A stretch of 64,000 nucleotides of DNA from positions 1,696,001 to 1,760,000 of the forward strand of contig OZ244239.1 in assembly GCA_965217115.1 (NCBI GenBank). Reading direction: 5' to 3'. Source of the DNA: Bdellovibrionales bacterium. Its GTDB lineage: Bacteria; Bdellovibrionota; Bdellovibrionia; Bdellovibrionales; CAYMLA01. Shown here one piece after another: positions 40,962 to 49,893 of this stretch (its first letter is position 1; each line of letters opens with the position of its first letter). Made by a program: the position numbers and the translations under genes. The notes beneath the pieces were generated by a model, which was not told the DNA's origin, did not search any database, and saw nothing but the letters and a program-made list of their open reading frames with translations.

Positions 40962-41746
40962 TTAAACACATATCTCCAATGAGAAGTTTGCCCATTGCTG
41001 TATCATTTTTACTGGTTATTTTTTCGGAGACTGCTATTTGTGCAGGAGATTATTTAAAAGAATTAAACGTGATTGAGAAGAATAATTCTGCCATAGAGGC
41101 TCTAAAGGAGAAGCAATTAGGGAGAGCATTTAATTCAGTGATCGAAGGTTTGGGAGAAGCTCCTAAGCAAATGGTATTATTATTTAATTTAGGGTTGATT
41201 TATGAGTTTCAGAAAAAACCTGATAAGGCATTGAAAGCTTATGAGCAGGTGCTTGTAGATAAGGCAGCACCTGCAGAGATTCGTTTTTTCAGTGCATTTA
41301 ATATAGCTCGTATTCATGGCGTAGGAAAAAACATTGCTAAAGCATTGAAATATTATCAGAAAGCTTTAGAATTTAAATCTGATTCTGTCGAAGTGAAAAC
41401 CAATATTGAGCTTCTGACAAAACAACAGAATGGCCAGGGAAAGGGGAACGAAGAGAAAAATAATAAGGGAAAGGATCAGGAAAAGGATCAGGAAAAGGAT
41501 CAAGGAAAGGATCAAGGAAAGGATCAGAAAAAGGATCAGGAAAAAGAGAATGATGGTCAGAAGGGTGATAAAAAGCCTGATTCAAATAAAACTAAGGACC
41601 GTAAGAAGCCATTTAAAAGCAAAGAATTGACTGAGGATGACGTGAGAAAGATTTTAGAAGAATTAAAGCAACAAGAAACAAAAATCCGCACGAAAATAAA
41701 TCAGGAGAAGGGCAAGAATGACTCCCCTAATATTAAAGACTGGTAA
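40958..41746 (+). CDS. batC: TPR protein BatC with 12-bp KDQx tandem repeat
   Basis: TPRs, low-complexity linker, C-terminal KDW. Confidence 0.82.
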   Translation: MIKHISPMRSLPIAVSFLLVIFSETAICAGDYLKELNVIEKNNSAIEALKEKQLGRAFNSVIEGLGEAPKQMVLLFNLGLIYEFQKKPDKALKAYEQVLVDKAAPAEIRFFSAFNIARIHGVGKNIAKALKYYQKALEFKSDSVEVKTNIELLTKQQNGQGKGNEEKNNKGKDQEKDQEKDQGKDQGKDQKKDQEKENDGQKGDKKPDSNKTKDRKKPFKSKELTEDDVRKILEELKQQETKIRTKINQEKGKNDSPNIKDW

Positions 41747-43652
41747 AATATTATTAAATCTTGTTTTTTTCTTTAGCTTCTCTGTCCATGCACTGGCGAC
41801 TGAGGGCAGTATTGAAGTTCATGCAAAAGTAAATCGTAATAAAATGGGTCTGAATGATAAGCTCAACCTTTCGGTGGTTGTGGTGAGCGAAGAAAGTATG
41901 ATTGTTGAAGAGCCGAGGATACCTCAGCTTGTGGGCTTTGAACTACTCAATACTTGGACAAGTCAAAGCTCTCAAACACAAATTGAACAAGGCCCACAGG
42001 GAATGGAGGTTAAGACAACTAAAATAAAACAATTTGAATATATTTTATCTCCAAAAAAGAAAGGTATCTTGGTAATAAGCTCTTTTAGGGTAAATGTTCA
42101 GGGTAAGATATATAAAACAAAACCGATAAGGATTCAAGTTGCTAAGAGGTTTTCATCACCACCAGTGACAAAAAAAAATCGTGGTAGAGGTCTTGGAAGA
42201 GGCAGAAAAATAGACCCTTTTTCATCAGAACCATTTTCTGAAGTTGAAAAAATGTTCAATCAACTTCTGCAACGCCAAAGAGGAGGAGGCTTTTCAGGCA
42301 GCAAAGGGGAATTAAAAAAAGAAATTTTAGACCCTAAGGAAGTTTTCTTTATTCAGGCCGAGGTGGATAAAAAAGAAGTTTATGTGGGAGAACAGGTGAC
42401 GGTGAGTTGGTATATTTATACCCGTGGGGCTATTGAGTCTATTGATCGTTTGAAATTCCCTGTTTTGAAAAATTTTTGGAAAGAGGATATCGATGTGTCC
42501 CCGTCGTTGCGTTTTCATCAGTACCTAGTGAACGGGTTACCCTATCGTCGTGCTCTTTTAGGCTCTTACGCGTTATTTCCAATCAAAGCTGGTCAAGCAG
42601 TGATCGATTCTTACAGTGTTAGGTGTCGAGTTCGATTGAATACTCGTTTTGGTTTAGGTCGATCACGTCTCTACACGAAAAAGAGTAGGGTGTTAAGAAT
42701 TAAAGTTAAAAGCCTTCCTAAAGTAGGAAAACCTGATAGTTTTACAGGGGCTGTGGGTCACTTTCAGGTAAAGTCAGATGTAAATGCTCACCAGTTCCCA
42801 GTTAATCAACCGTTCTCTATAAAAATTCGTTTTGAGGGAGAGGGGAATGCAAAACTCATAGATATTCCAGCTATTAGATGGCCTGAGCACCTTGAGCTTT
42901 ATGATACCAAAAAAGAATCAAAATTTTTTAAAACAGGGAAGTCCTATAAAGAGTTTGAGGTGTTACTAATACCTCGCCGCGAAGGAAAAATTAAAATCCC
43001 CTCAATGAAGTTGGGGTTGTTTAATCCAAAATCGGGAAAATATGAAGAGAAATCAACAGATGAGATAGAGTTAGAAATAACTCATGGTCGCCAAGATGGA
43101 GTGATAGCTTCTAGTCGTAAATTACCAGAGTTTAAGAAGAAGATAGAAGAGAGAGAAGATTTGCCACTGATGATTCTCTCCGCAGAGAGAGACCCTATTT
43201 TGAGTGAAATGCAGGAGAAATGGATGTGGGTAGGTATTTATTTTTTAATTCTTTTATTCTTAATTTGGTACGGCAGTGTTCAGTTAGGTTGGGGAGATAA
43301 GAAAAAAAATCTACAGGAGCAGGTGAGTCAGAGGATAAAATTGATCTTTAATAAGATAGAGAAAGGTGATCACCGTTCTATTGGCAGTGAAATGACCAAT
43401 TTGGTGTACTTCGTTCTTGGAGAGATCAGTGGACAAGGTGGGGCTAATTTAGAGTTTAGCAAACTCATGGAAAAAGCACCGCCGAGTGTTCGTAAAGAGC
43501 TGAAAAAACCTTTGGGAAAGCTAATGAATTCCTTTGAAATTATAGGATTTGCTCCAGACTCTGTTATAGGAGACTTAAAAGAGAAAGAAGAGTTGAGGCT
43601 TTTAGTGAAAAAGATGGAAATCGTCTTACTAAAGGCGATTCAAAAAAACTAA
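41718..43652 (+). CDS. batD: BatD family protein
   Basis: VDKKEVYVGEQV, FTGAVGHF, GEGN; last gene of the operon. Confidence 0.88.
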   Translation: MTPLILKTGKILLNLVFFFSFSVHALATEGSIEVHAKVNRNKMGLNDKLNLSVVVVSEESMIVEEPRIPQLVGFELLNTWTSQSSQTQIEQGPQGMEVKTTKIKQFEYILSPKKKGILVISSFRVNVQGKIYKTKPIRIQVAKRFSSPPVTKKNRGRGLGRGRKIDPFSSEPFSEVEKMFNQLLQRQRGGGFSGSKGELKKEILDPKEVFFIQAEVDKKEVYVGEQVTVSWYIYTRGAIESIDRLKFPVLKNFWKEDIDVSPSLRFHQYLVNGLPYRRALLGSYALFPIKAGQAVIDSYSVRCRVRLNTRFGLGRSRLYTKKSRVLRIKVKSLPKVGKPDSFTGAVGHFQVKSDVNAHQFPVNQPFSIKIRFEGEGNAKLIDIPAIRWPEHLELYDTKKESKFFKTGKSYKEFEVLLIPRREGKIKIPSMKLGLFNPKSGKYEEKSTDEIELEITHGRQDGVIASSRKLPEFKKKIEEREDLPLMILSAERDPILSEMQEKWMWVGIYFLILLFLIWYGSVQLGWGDKKKNLQEQVSQRIKLIFNKIEKGDHRSIGSEMTNLVYFVLGEISGQGGANLEFSKLMEKAPPSVRKELKKPLGKLMNSFEIIGFAPDSVIGDLKEKEELRLLVKKMEIVLLKAIQKN

Positions 43653-43682
43653 CCCGCACAACATCGTCTTGATACTGGCGGG
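43642..43682 (-). terminator. Probable terminator of the riboswitch-containing RNA
   Basis: CCCGC...GCGGG followed by TTAGTTTTTTT on the minus strand. Confidence 0.5.
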
Positions 43683-43757
43683 CCTTTAAGATGAAAGGTT
43701 TGAATTTTTCATTTAGATCTCCTTCCTTACGCGGCTTTTGCCAACGGTCCGTTTACA

Positions 43758-43844
43758 CCTCTGGCAGCTGGCTGGCATTATCAAAAGACTTAGCCCCTGT
43801 AGCTTTGCGTCCTGTCGTTTCCAACAGTTTGCCTTTGGCAAAGG
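43758..43844 (-). ncRNA. c-di-GMP-I (GEMM) riboswitch aptamer
   Basis: Minus strand CCTTTG-CCAAAGGCAAACTGTTGGAAACGACAGGACGCAAAGCTACAGGGGCTAA...GCCAGCCAGCTGC-CAGAGG; P1, GAAA tetraloop and GACGCAAAGC junction. Confidence 0.9.
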
Positions 43845-44112
43845 AAATTGATCGTGAAAATGTTCTAGGTCCTCCTTGATTCTATAGGTAACACAGTGCT
43901 GACTGCATTTCTGAATTATGGGGGGGATTCAGAGATTTGGCACAACACCGTTACCATCAAACATCCTCCTTTCAACTGGTCTTTAGAATACTGCAACTCT
44001 TGAAAAACATCTAGAACTGTGGAGTAAAGGGTCTAATATTGAGACACTGAGTTTGATTTGGGCAAATGAGCCACTTTTCAGATGAGTCTTTGCTATTAAG
44101 TTCAGACATAAA

Positions 44113-44904
44113 TTAAGTAAAAGTTTTTTTGATCCTTTCAGCAATAACAGAAAAAGCCTTTCCTTCCTCTCCAGTGGGGTGGCTCTCAATGATGGGAATA
44201 CCAGCTTCGCTAGAAATACTGACAGACAGATTAAAGGGAATCTCACCTAATTTGGGGAGGCCTTTTTGTTCGAGATAGGAGTCGAGTTCTCCTTTGGGGA
44301 AAAGTTGCACTTTTTCTTTTGATTCAGGGGCAATAAGATAAGACATATTTTCAATCAAGCCAATGTGAGGAATTTTTACGGTGTCGAACATATCGATGAA
44401 TTTTTTGACATCTATAAGAGCTAAGTTTTGTGGAGTGCATACGGTAATAGCTCCAGAAACAGGAACTTTTTGAGCGATGGTGAGTTGAATATCGCCTGTT
44501 CCAGGGGGCATATCGATAAGGAGGTAATCTAACTCTCCCCATTCAACATCGCGAAGAAATTGGTGTACAGCCTTAAAGAGCATGGGGCCACGCCAGACAA
44601 CAGCATGATCCTCTTCAACAATGAATCCGATGCTCATGATTTTAAGACCAAGCCTAGAAATAGGAATCATCTTTTGATCTTCAGTGAACATAGGTTTTTG
44701 GTTGATAGCTCCAAAAATTCGTGGAATGCTTGGCCCGTGAATATCAGCATCTAAAATCCCAACCTTGGCTCCTTTTTTGGCAAGAGCCAGAGCGAGGTTA
44801 GAGGTGATGGTGCTTTTTCCCACGCCTCCTTTGCCTGATCCAATAGCAATGATGTGCTTAATACCGTCAATAGGAGACTGTTGGTCAAAAGGATTTGTCG
44901 TCAT
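44113..44904 (-). CDS. mrp: Mrp/NBP35 Fe-S carrier ATPase
   Basis: SGKGGVGKST, DADIHGPS, WRGPM, DMPPGTGD, ENMS. Confidence 0.93.
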   Translation of the reverse strand: MTTNPFDQQSPIDGIKHIIAIGSGKGGVGKSTITSNLALALAKKGAKVGILDADIHGPSIPRIFGAINQKPMFTEDQKMIPISRLGLKIMSIGFIVEEDHAVVWRGPMLFKAVHQFLRDVEWGELDYLLIDMPPGTGDIQLTIAQKVPVSGAITVCTPQNLALIDVKKFIDMFDTVKIPHIGLIENMSYLIAPESKEKVQLFPKGELDSYLEQKGLPKLGEIPFNLSVSISSEAGIPIIESHPTGEEGKAFSVIAERIKKTFT

Positions 44905-45133
44905 AAGTTTTCCGTTTTTGGGTGAGGGTTCATCGTGTTTTTGCCGTAAGATTTTTACTGTAGCTTTTTTACTATGGAATCTCTTACTGTGGAGTTTCTT
45001 ACTGTGGAATCATATTTAAATCAAAATTCTTCTAAAAATTCATATTTTAATGGCTTTATGTAAAAAATTCATATAGTAAATTGCATCGAATCAAGATAGT
45101 CTTTGCGAGTGATTTTTCTGATGGGAGGACTAA

Positions 45134-46558
45134 TTGAAGACACTAGGCATGTTATTCTTTTTTTGTTTGTTGTTTTGTGGAGAGTTTCAATCATTTTCTT
45201 TCGCAGTATCGACGAAGCCATCATCGAAGTCGTCATTAAGGAGTGTTTTTTTAAAAAAATATCTACAACATTATTTAGCTGAGGATGAATCTCTACAACA
45301 GGCAAAGATAGATCACAAAATTTCTTTAGAAAAGAGTAGAGGAGAAACTGCTTTTTGGAATTCTCAATTATATTCAGGTCCACAGGTAAGAGAATTAAGA
45401 ACAGAGTTGTCTCTGATGGAGAGTTTTGGAAAAAACTCTCTATGGAAAAATAGGCTTGAACAAAGAACGCCATGGGGAGGTGCCCTGTCTATTGAATACA
45501 ATCAACTTCTTGGCGATGATACGTTAAATTCAGCGACGACTAAATCACAGACAGCTTTTTCTTTTGAGAAGTCCCTTTATCGCAATGGATGGGGGCAAGA
45601 AGATAGCTTGAAAGTAACGGCAGCTAGAAAAAGAGTGCGTCGTTCAGCCTTTAGTGAACAGTCCAGTTATCAGATAAGTTGTCTTCAAGGAATCAAAAGT
45701 TATTTGGAATCTTATACATCTCAAGAGAAATTGCAGATTTCTTTGGAAGTAGAAAAAGCGGCACAAAAGGTGTTTAATAAATTAAAAAAAGCATACAAGA
45801 AAAAATTAATACGGAAAATAGATTGGCTAGGCGCTCAAGCAGATTATTTAAAAACTCAATCTCAAAGAAGAGACAGACAGAGGCTTCATAGATTAGAAAT
45901 GGTGAAATTTTCATCTAAAGCACAGATAAGTTCTGAAACATGGTTCTTGAAGAAGCCCCAAGATATTGAATTACAGAAAGGAATTAATTGGCAAGACGGA
46001 ATAGAGCTTAAGGGGTTAAATAACCTATTGGAGCAGAGAGAAGCTGAGAAAAAGAAAGCTGAATTGGATGGGCAAGGAGATCTGGGGTTTCAGGTTCAAC
46101 TCTCAAACACTCAAGGTTACAGTCTGGCAGCAGGGGATAATTTCCAACAAGCAAATTGGGTGGTTTCGTTGAATTTTTCATGGCCCCTGTACAATGGAGT
46201 TTTGAAGTCAAATAAGAGTCAAGCAGACTTAAGAGTTCTAAGAACTTTTAAAGAGATTAAAAAACAAAGAAAAAATAGCTCGATTGAGTGGAGAAGAGCC
46301 TTGATCTCTCTAGAAAATCAAAAAGAACAGGAGGGTTTTAATCGTCGGCAACAGATTATAGAAAAGAAACGAGTTCTTGAAGCAAGAAGACTTCTTATTA
46401 CAGGGAGAATCGAATTTGAAAACTACATCAGTTACCGAGATCAGAGATTTAGTAGTCGTCTGAAGTACTTAGATCTCTTGCAAGAGAAGATATTATTAAA
46501 GGCATCATTGTTAAGGTTAAGTGGATATCTAGGGCGTTTCTGTGAGGGACTTCTATGA
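45134..46558 (+). CDS. TolC-family outer membrane protein
   Basis: Signal peptide, helix/beta repeat pattern (SLNFSWPLYNG), overlaps RND start. Confidence 0.75.
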   Translation: MKTLGMLFFFCLLFCGEFQSFSFAVSTKPSSKSSLRSVFLKKYLQHYLAEDESLQQAKIDHKISLEKSRGETAFWNSQLYSGPQVRELRTELSLMESFGKNSLWKNRLEQRTPWGGALSIEYNQLLGDDTLNSATTKSQTAFSFEKSLYRNGWGQEDSLKVTAARKRVRRSAFSEQSSYQISCLQGIKSYLESYTSQEKLQISLEVEKAAQKVFNKLKKAYKKKLIRKIDWLGAQADYLKTQSQRRDRQRLHRLEMVKFSSKAQISSETWFLKKPQDIELQKGINWQDGIELKGLNNLLEQREAEKKKAELDGQGDLGFQVQLSNTQGYSLAAGDNFQQANWVVSLNFSWPLYNGVLKSNKSQADLRVLRTFKEIKKQRKNSSIEWRRALISLENQKEQEGFNRRQQIIEKKRVLEARRLLITGRIEFENYISYRDQRFSSRLKYLDLLQEKILLKASLLRLSGYLGRFCEGLL

Positions 46559-49500
46559 GGAGGTTAATAGATTATTTTGCTGGTCGTTCTTTTATTGTAA
46601 ACTTACTTGTTATTTTTGTATGTGTTGTAGGTTATTTGGCTATGACATCTATGAATAGAAGTCTAGTGCCATCTTGGGAACAGCGTCAAACTGTTGTGAA
46701 TGTGCTTTTACCGGGAGCTTCGTCTCAAGAGATGGAACGCCTAGTGACTTATCCCATTGAGATTGCATTAAAAGATTTGCCTGGAGTGGAAAAGATAACA
46801 TCTTCAAGTGGTGCAGGCTATTCCAGAATTCGGTTGTATTTTGAAGATAGCTATGAAGATTTAGATAAAGTGACAGAGAATGCTCGCGCCCGTGTGGAAG
46901 GGCTTCGCAATCGATTGCCAGAGTCAGTTCGTTCCATTACGGTAAAAAGAATTAAAAAAGAGACTGAAATTCTCATGTATATCTCTATTGAAGGAGCTGA
47001 CGATTTTAATTTTGAACACCGCAGGCGGATAAAAAAACTCTCTAAAAAAATCGAAAATATTAAAGGAATTTCTTTCGCCGCAGATCATATGCGAGAACAA
47101 GAGATTGTTATTCATCTGGACCCAGAGAAGCTTAATTTCTATGGTCTATCGACCAGTGATGTGCGTGGTAAGATCAGTCGCTATCGTGCTTATGCACCAA
47201 TAGGACAGATTACGCAGGATGAAGATGTCTACAACATTGAAGTATCAAATTCTGTGGCCTCGATCGAAGAGCTATCTAAAATCCCTATTAGTTCTAATCG
47301 CAGTGGTTACATTGTGCGATTACAAGATTTGGGAAAGGTGAATTACGATCTATCCCAGCGATCGTTCTTGATGAGAGTGAATGGGAAAAGAGCTGTTTTG
47401 ATGAGAGTAGAGAAGGGATCTTCTGCGGACACTATTGATCTTGGCAAAGAAGTCAAAGAAGTAGTAAATCGCTTCAATAAAAAATATTCCACGTTAAAAG
47501 CAGAGATTATGTTTGATCTACCATTTTTTTTAGAGAAACAGTTAGAGAGTTTAAAAGTAAATGGATTTTTAGGCCTCCTATTTGTTTTTGCGATGATGCT
47601 GTTGTTCTTTGATTGGAGAGCGGCGCTCATGACAATTATTGGTTTGCCAGTAGTTTATTTGGGAACTTTTATTGTTCTCGCTTATCTAGGTATACCTATT
47701 AATCTTATCTTTATTGTTGGGATGTTATTGATCTTAGGTATTTTGGTGGATGATGCGATCATTGTTTCTGAAAAATACATGGCAAATTTAGAAAGTGGTC
47801 TTGAGCCTAAGGAAGCTGCAGTCAAAGCGGCACAGGCTCTGATTATGCCAGTGACAGGAACAGTGTTGACTACGGTTGTGGCTTTTTCTCCATTGTTGTT
47901 AGTGAAAAGTAGTTTTTCAAATGTTTTTTTTGCGCTTCCTGTTGTGGTAATTGTGGCTCTTAGCTTGAGTTGGATTGAAGCTTTTTTTATTCTTCCCAAT
48001 CATTTGCAGCATATTGTGAAAAAAAATAAAAATAAGAAAATTGATGTGTTCAAAAAGCTCCGTCAAAAATATGAACAGATATTAAAGGTCTTTTTTAAAT
48101 ACAGATATATCACCTTACTGGCTAGCCTTGTTTTCATAGTCATTTCAGGCTATGTGGCTCTTAATAAGGTAGAACATCAATTTAATCTACAGATTGGTTT
48201 AGAGAGAGTCGATGTAACAGTTATTTTAAAAAGCAGTGGTTCTTTTGAAGAGACGGAAAAGAAGCTTAAGCCGCTGTCTGATTATTTAAACAAAATGGGA
48301 AGTCGACAAGTAGATGCGGTGCAAACAAAAATTGGTTCTATGTGGTATCAAGGAAAACAATTAAAAGGGGATCGTTATGCTCGTTTTTCTATTTACATAG
48401 ATAAGGAGGCTAAATACCCTGGAGAGGTCAAAAAAACTCTAGAAAAAAGAATTCAAAGTGGAGTGAAAAAGTTTAAAACAGATGACTTTGAAGAACTAAA
48501 TGTTCGGGGGCTCAGGGAAGGGGACGAGAAAAGAAAGCTTCAACTGGTTTCGATCAGTGTTCGTGGGGCTGAGGATATTGATTTCACCGATATAGAGAAA
48601 GTAATCATTGCCCATGCATTGAAGACAAAAGGTGTGAAAGAAGCGGCCATGAATGAAGAGATGTACGAAGTGTCTTGGAGGTTTCACCCTAATCACCAAG
48701 CTTTACAGCAGTATGGATTGACGCCAGCCACATTGGCCCATCAAATACGGGGGTTTTTCACTAAAAACTTTCTAAGTGAGATTCGTCTTCATGGAGAACC
48801 ATTAAATCTTTATACAAAAATTATAACGGAGGAAAATATTAAATTTGAAAACCTAAAGTCATTTCATGTGGTGAGTTCCAGAGGAGTTAAAGTTCCGTTG
48901 CCTTTTTTAGGGAAGTGGGTTTCGGGTCGGTCTTTAAAGGAAATTTTTCATAAAGATGGTTTACGGAATTTAACATTGGATTTCAAACTAGATCAGAAAG
49001 AAGGCAATGCGAGCTTAGTGATAGATAGATTGAAGAAAGCGCTCATTCCTGTGCAAAAGAAGTTTCCAACCTATGAGATTGAGGTGTCGGAAGCTGACAA
49101 TCAGGCGAAGGAAGGTAAGGCTTGGGGCTTAAAAATAGCGATAATTTGTCTGGGTGGAGTGTTGTTGATTCTGTCATTGGTATTGGGGTCTTTATCCCAA
49201 CCTTTCTTGGTGGGGCTGCCAATCCCTTTTGGATTGGCAGGGATTATATGGGCGCTGTATCTCCATGGACTTCCTTTGAGTGTTATGGCAATTGTAGGAG
49301 TTGTCGGAGTGATCGGCGTTGCAGTGAACGATTCCTTAATTATGGTCGATGGTATAAATAAGCTCTGTCAGGGGAGAGGAGTGAAGATGAGTCGAAGTTT
49401 GTTGATTGATGGAGCATCTCAGAGGTTGCGAGCTATTGTGTTAACAACGATGACGACTCTTGGCGGTGTTTTGCCTATGGCTTATTCGTGGGGAGGAGAG

Positions 49501-49668
49501 TCGGGATTTACTCAACCTCTGGCATTTTCTATTGGTTGGGGATTATTATTCTCCACGTTGATGACGTTGTTTGTGTTGCCACCTCTTTTGGAAATTAGGG
49601 AGGATATTCTCTCTTTAGGAAGAGGCTTGCTATTTAGAGGGAAAAACCAGAAATCCCACCAAAATTGA
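46555..49668 (+). CDS. RND efflux transporter (AcrB-like)
   Basis: 1037 aa, PGASSQEMERLVT, GILVDDAIIV, RLRAIVLTT. Confidence 0.93.
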   Translation: MRRLIDYFAGRSFIVNLLVIFVCVVGYLAMTSMNRSLVPSWEQRQTVVNVLLPGASSQEMERLVTYPIEIALKDLPGVEKITSSSGAGYSRIRLYFEDSYEDLDKVTENARARVEGLRNRLPESVRSITVKRIKKETEILMYISIEGADDFNFEHRRRIKKLSKKIENIKGISFAADHMREQEIVIHLDPEKLNFYGLSTSDVRGKISRYRAYAPIGQITQDEDVYNIEVSNSVASIEELSKIPISSNRSGYIVRLQDLGKVNYDLSQRSFLMRVNGKRAVLMRVEKGSSADTIDLGKEVKEVVNRFNKKYSTLKAEIMFDLPFFLEKQLESLKVNGFLGLLFVFAMMLLFFDWRAALMTIIGLPVVYLGTFIVLAYLGIPINLIFIVGMLLILGILVDDAIIVSEKYMANLESGLEPKEAAVKAAQALIMPVTGTVLTTVVAFSPLLLVKSSFSNVFFALPVVVIVALSLSWIEAFFILPNHLQHIVKKNKNKKIDVFKKLRQKYEQILKVFFKYRYITLLASLVFIVISGYVALNKVEHQFNLQIGLERVDVTVILKSSGSFEETEKKLKPLSDYLNKMGSRQVDAVQTKIGSMWYQGKQLKGDRYARFSIYIDKEAKYPGEVKKTLEKRIQSGVKKFKTDDFEELNVRGLREGDEKRKLQLVSISVRGAEDIDFTDIEKVIIAHALKTKGVKEAAMNEEMYEVSWRFHPNHQALQQYGLTPATLAHQIRGFFTKNFLSEIRLHGEPLNLYTKIITEENIKFENLKSFHVVSSRGVKVPLPFLGKWVSGRSLKEIFHKDGLRNLTLDFKLDQKEGNASLVIDRLKKALIPVQKKFPTYEIEVSEADNQAKEGKAWGLKIAIICLGGVLLILSLVLGSLSQPFLVGLPIPFGLAGIIWALYLHGLPLSVMAIVGVVGVIGVAVNDSLIMVDGINKLCQGRGVKMSRSLLIDGASQRLRAIVLTTMTTLGGVLPMAYSWGGESGFTQPLAFSIGWGLLFSTLMTLFVLPPLLEIREDILSLGRGLLFRGKNQKSHQN

Positions 49669-49893
49669 ATTTACAAAACCTATGAAAGTCTTCTACATGT
49701 TTTCTTATAAGGCCTTTTATAGAATTTGATTGAATCAAATTGAAAATATTATATATTTCTAGAATAGGTAGAGAAAATATGTAATTTCAAATATTATAAT
49801 CGAGCAATTGGTTGTAATACATTTTGTTGTCAATGAGTATTAGTGTTTGGAAAATTCATTATTTTTATAAGCATACACAGGAAAGGTTGGGAA

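Noticed and set aside
41470..41545. 12-bp repeat in batC as a contingency locus
   Set aside because: In-frame low-complexity linker that is typical of BatC proteins
43691..43879. 62-aa plus-strand ORF
   Set aside because: Antisense to the riboswitch aptamer
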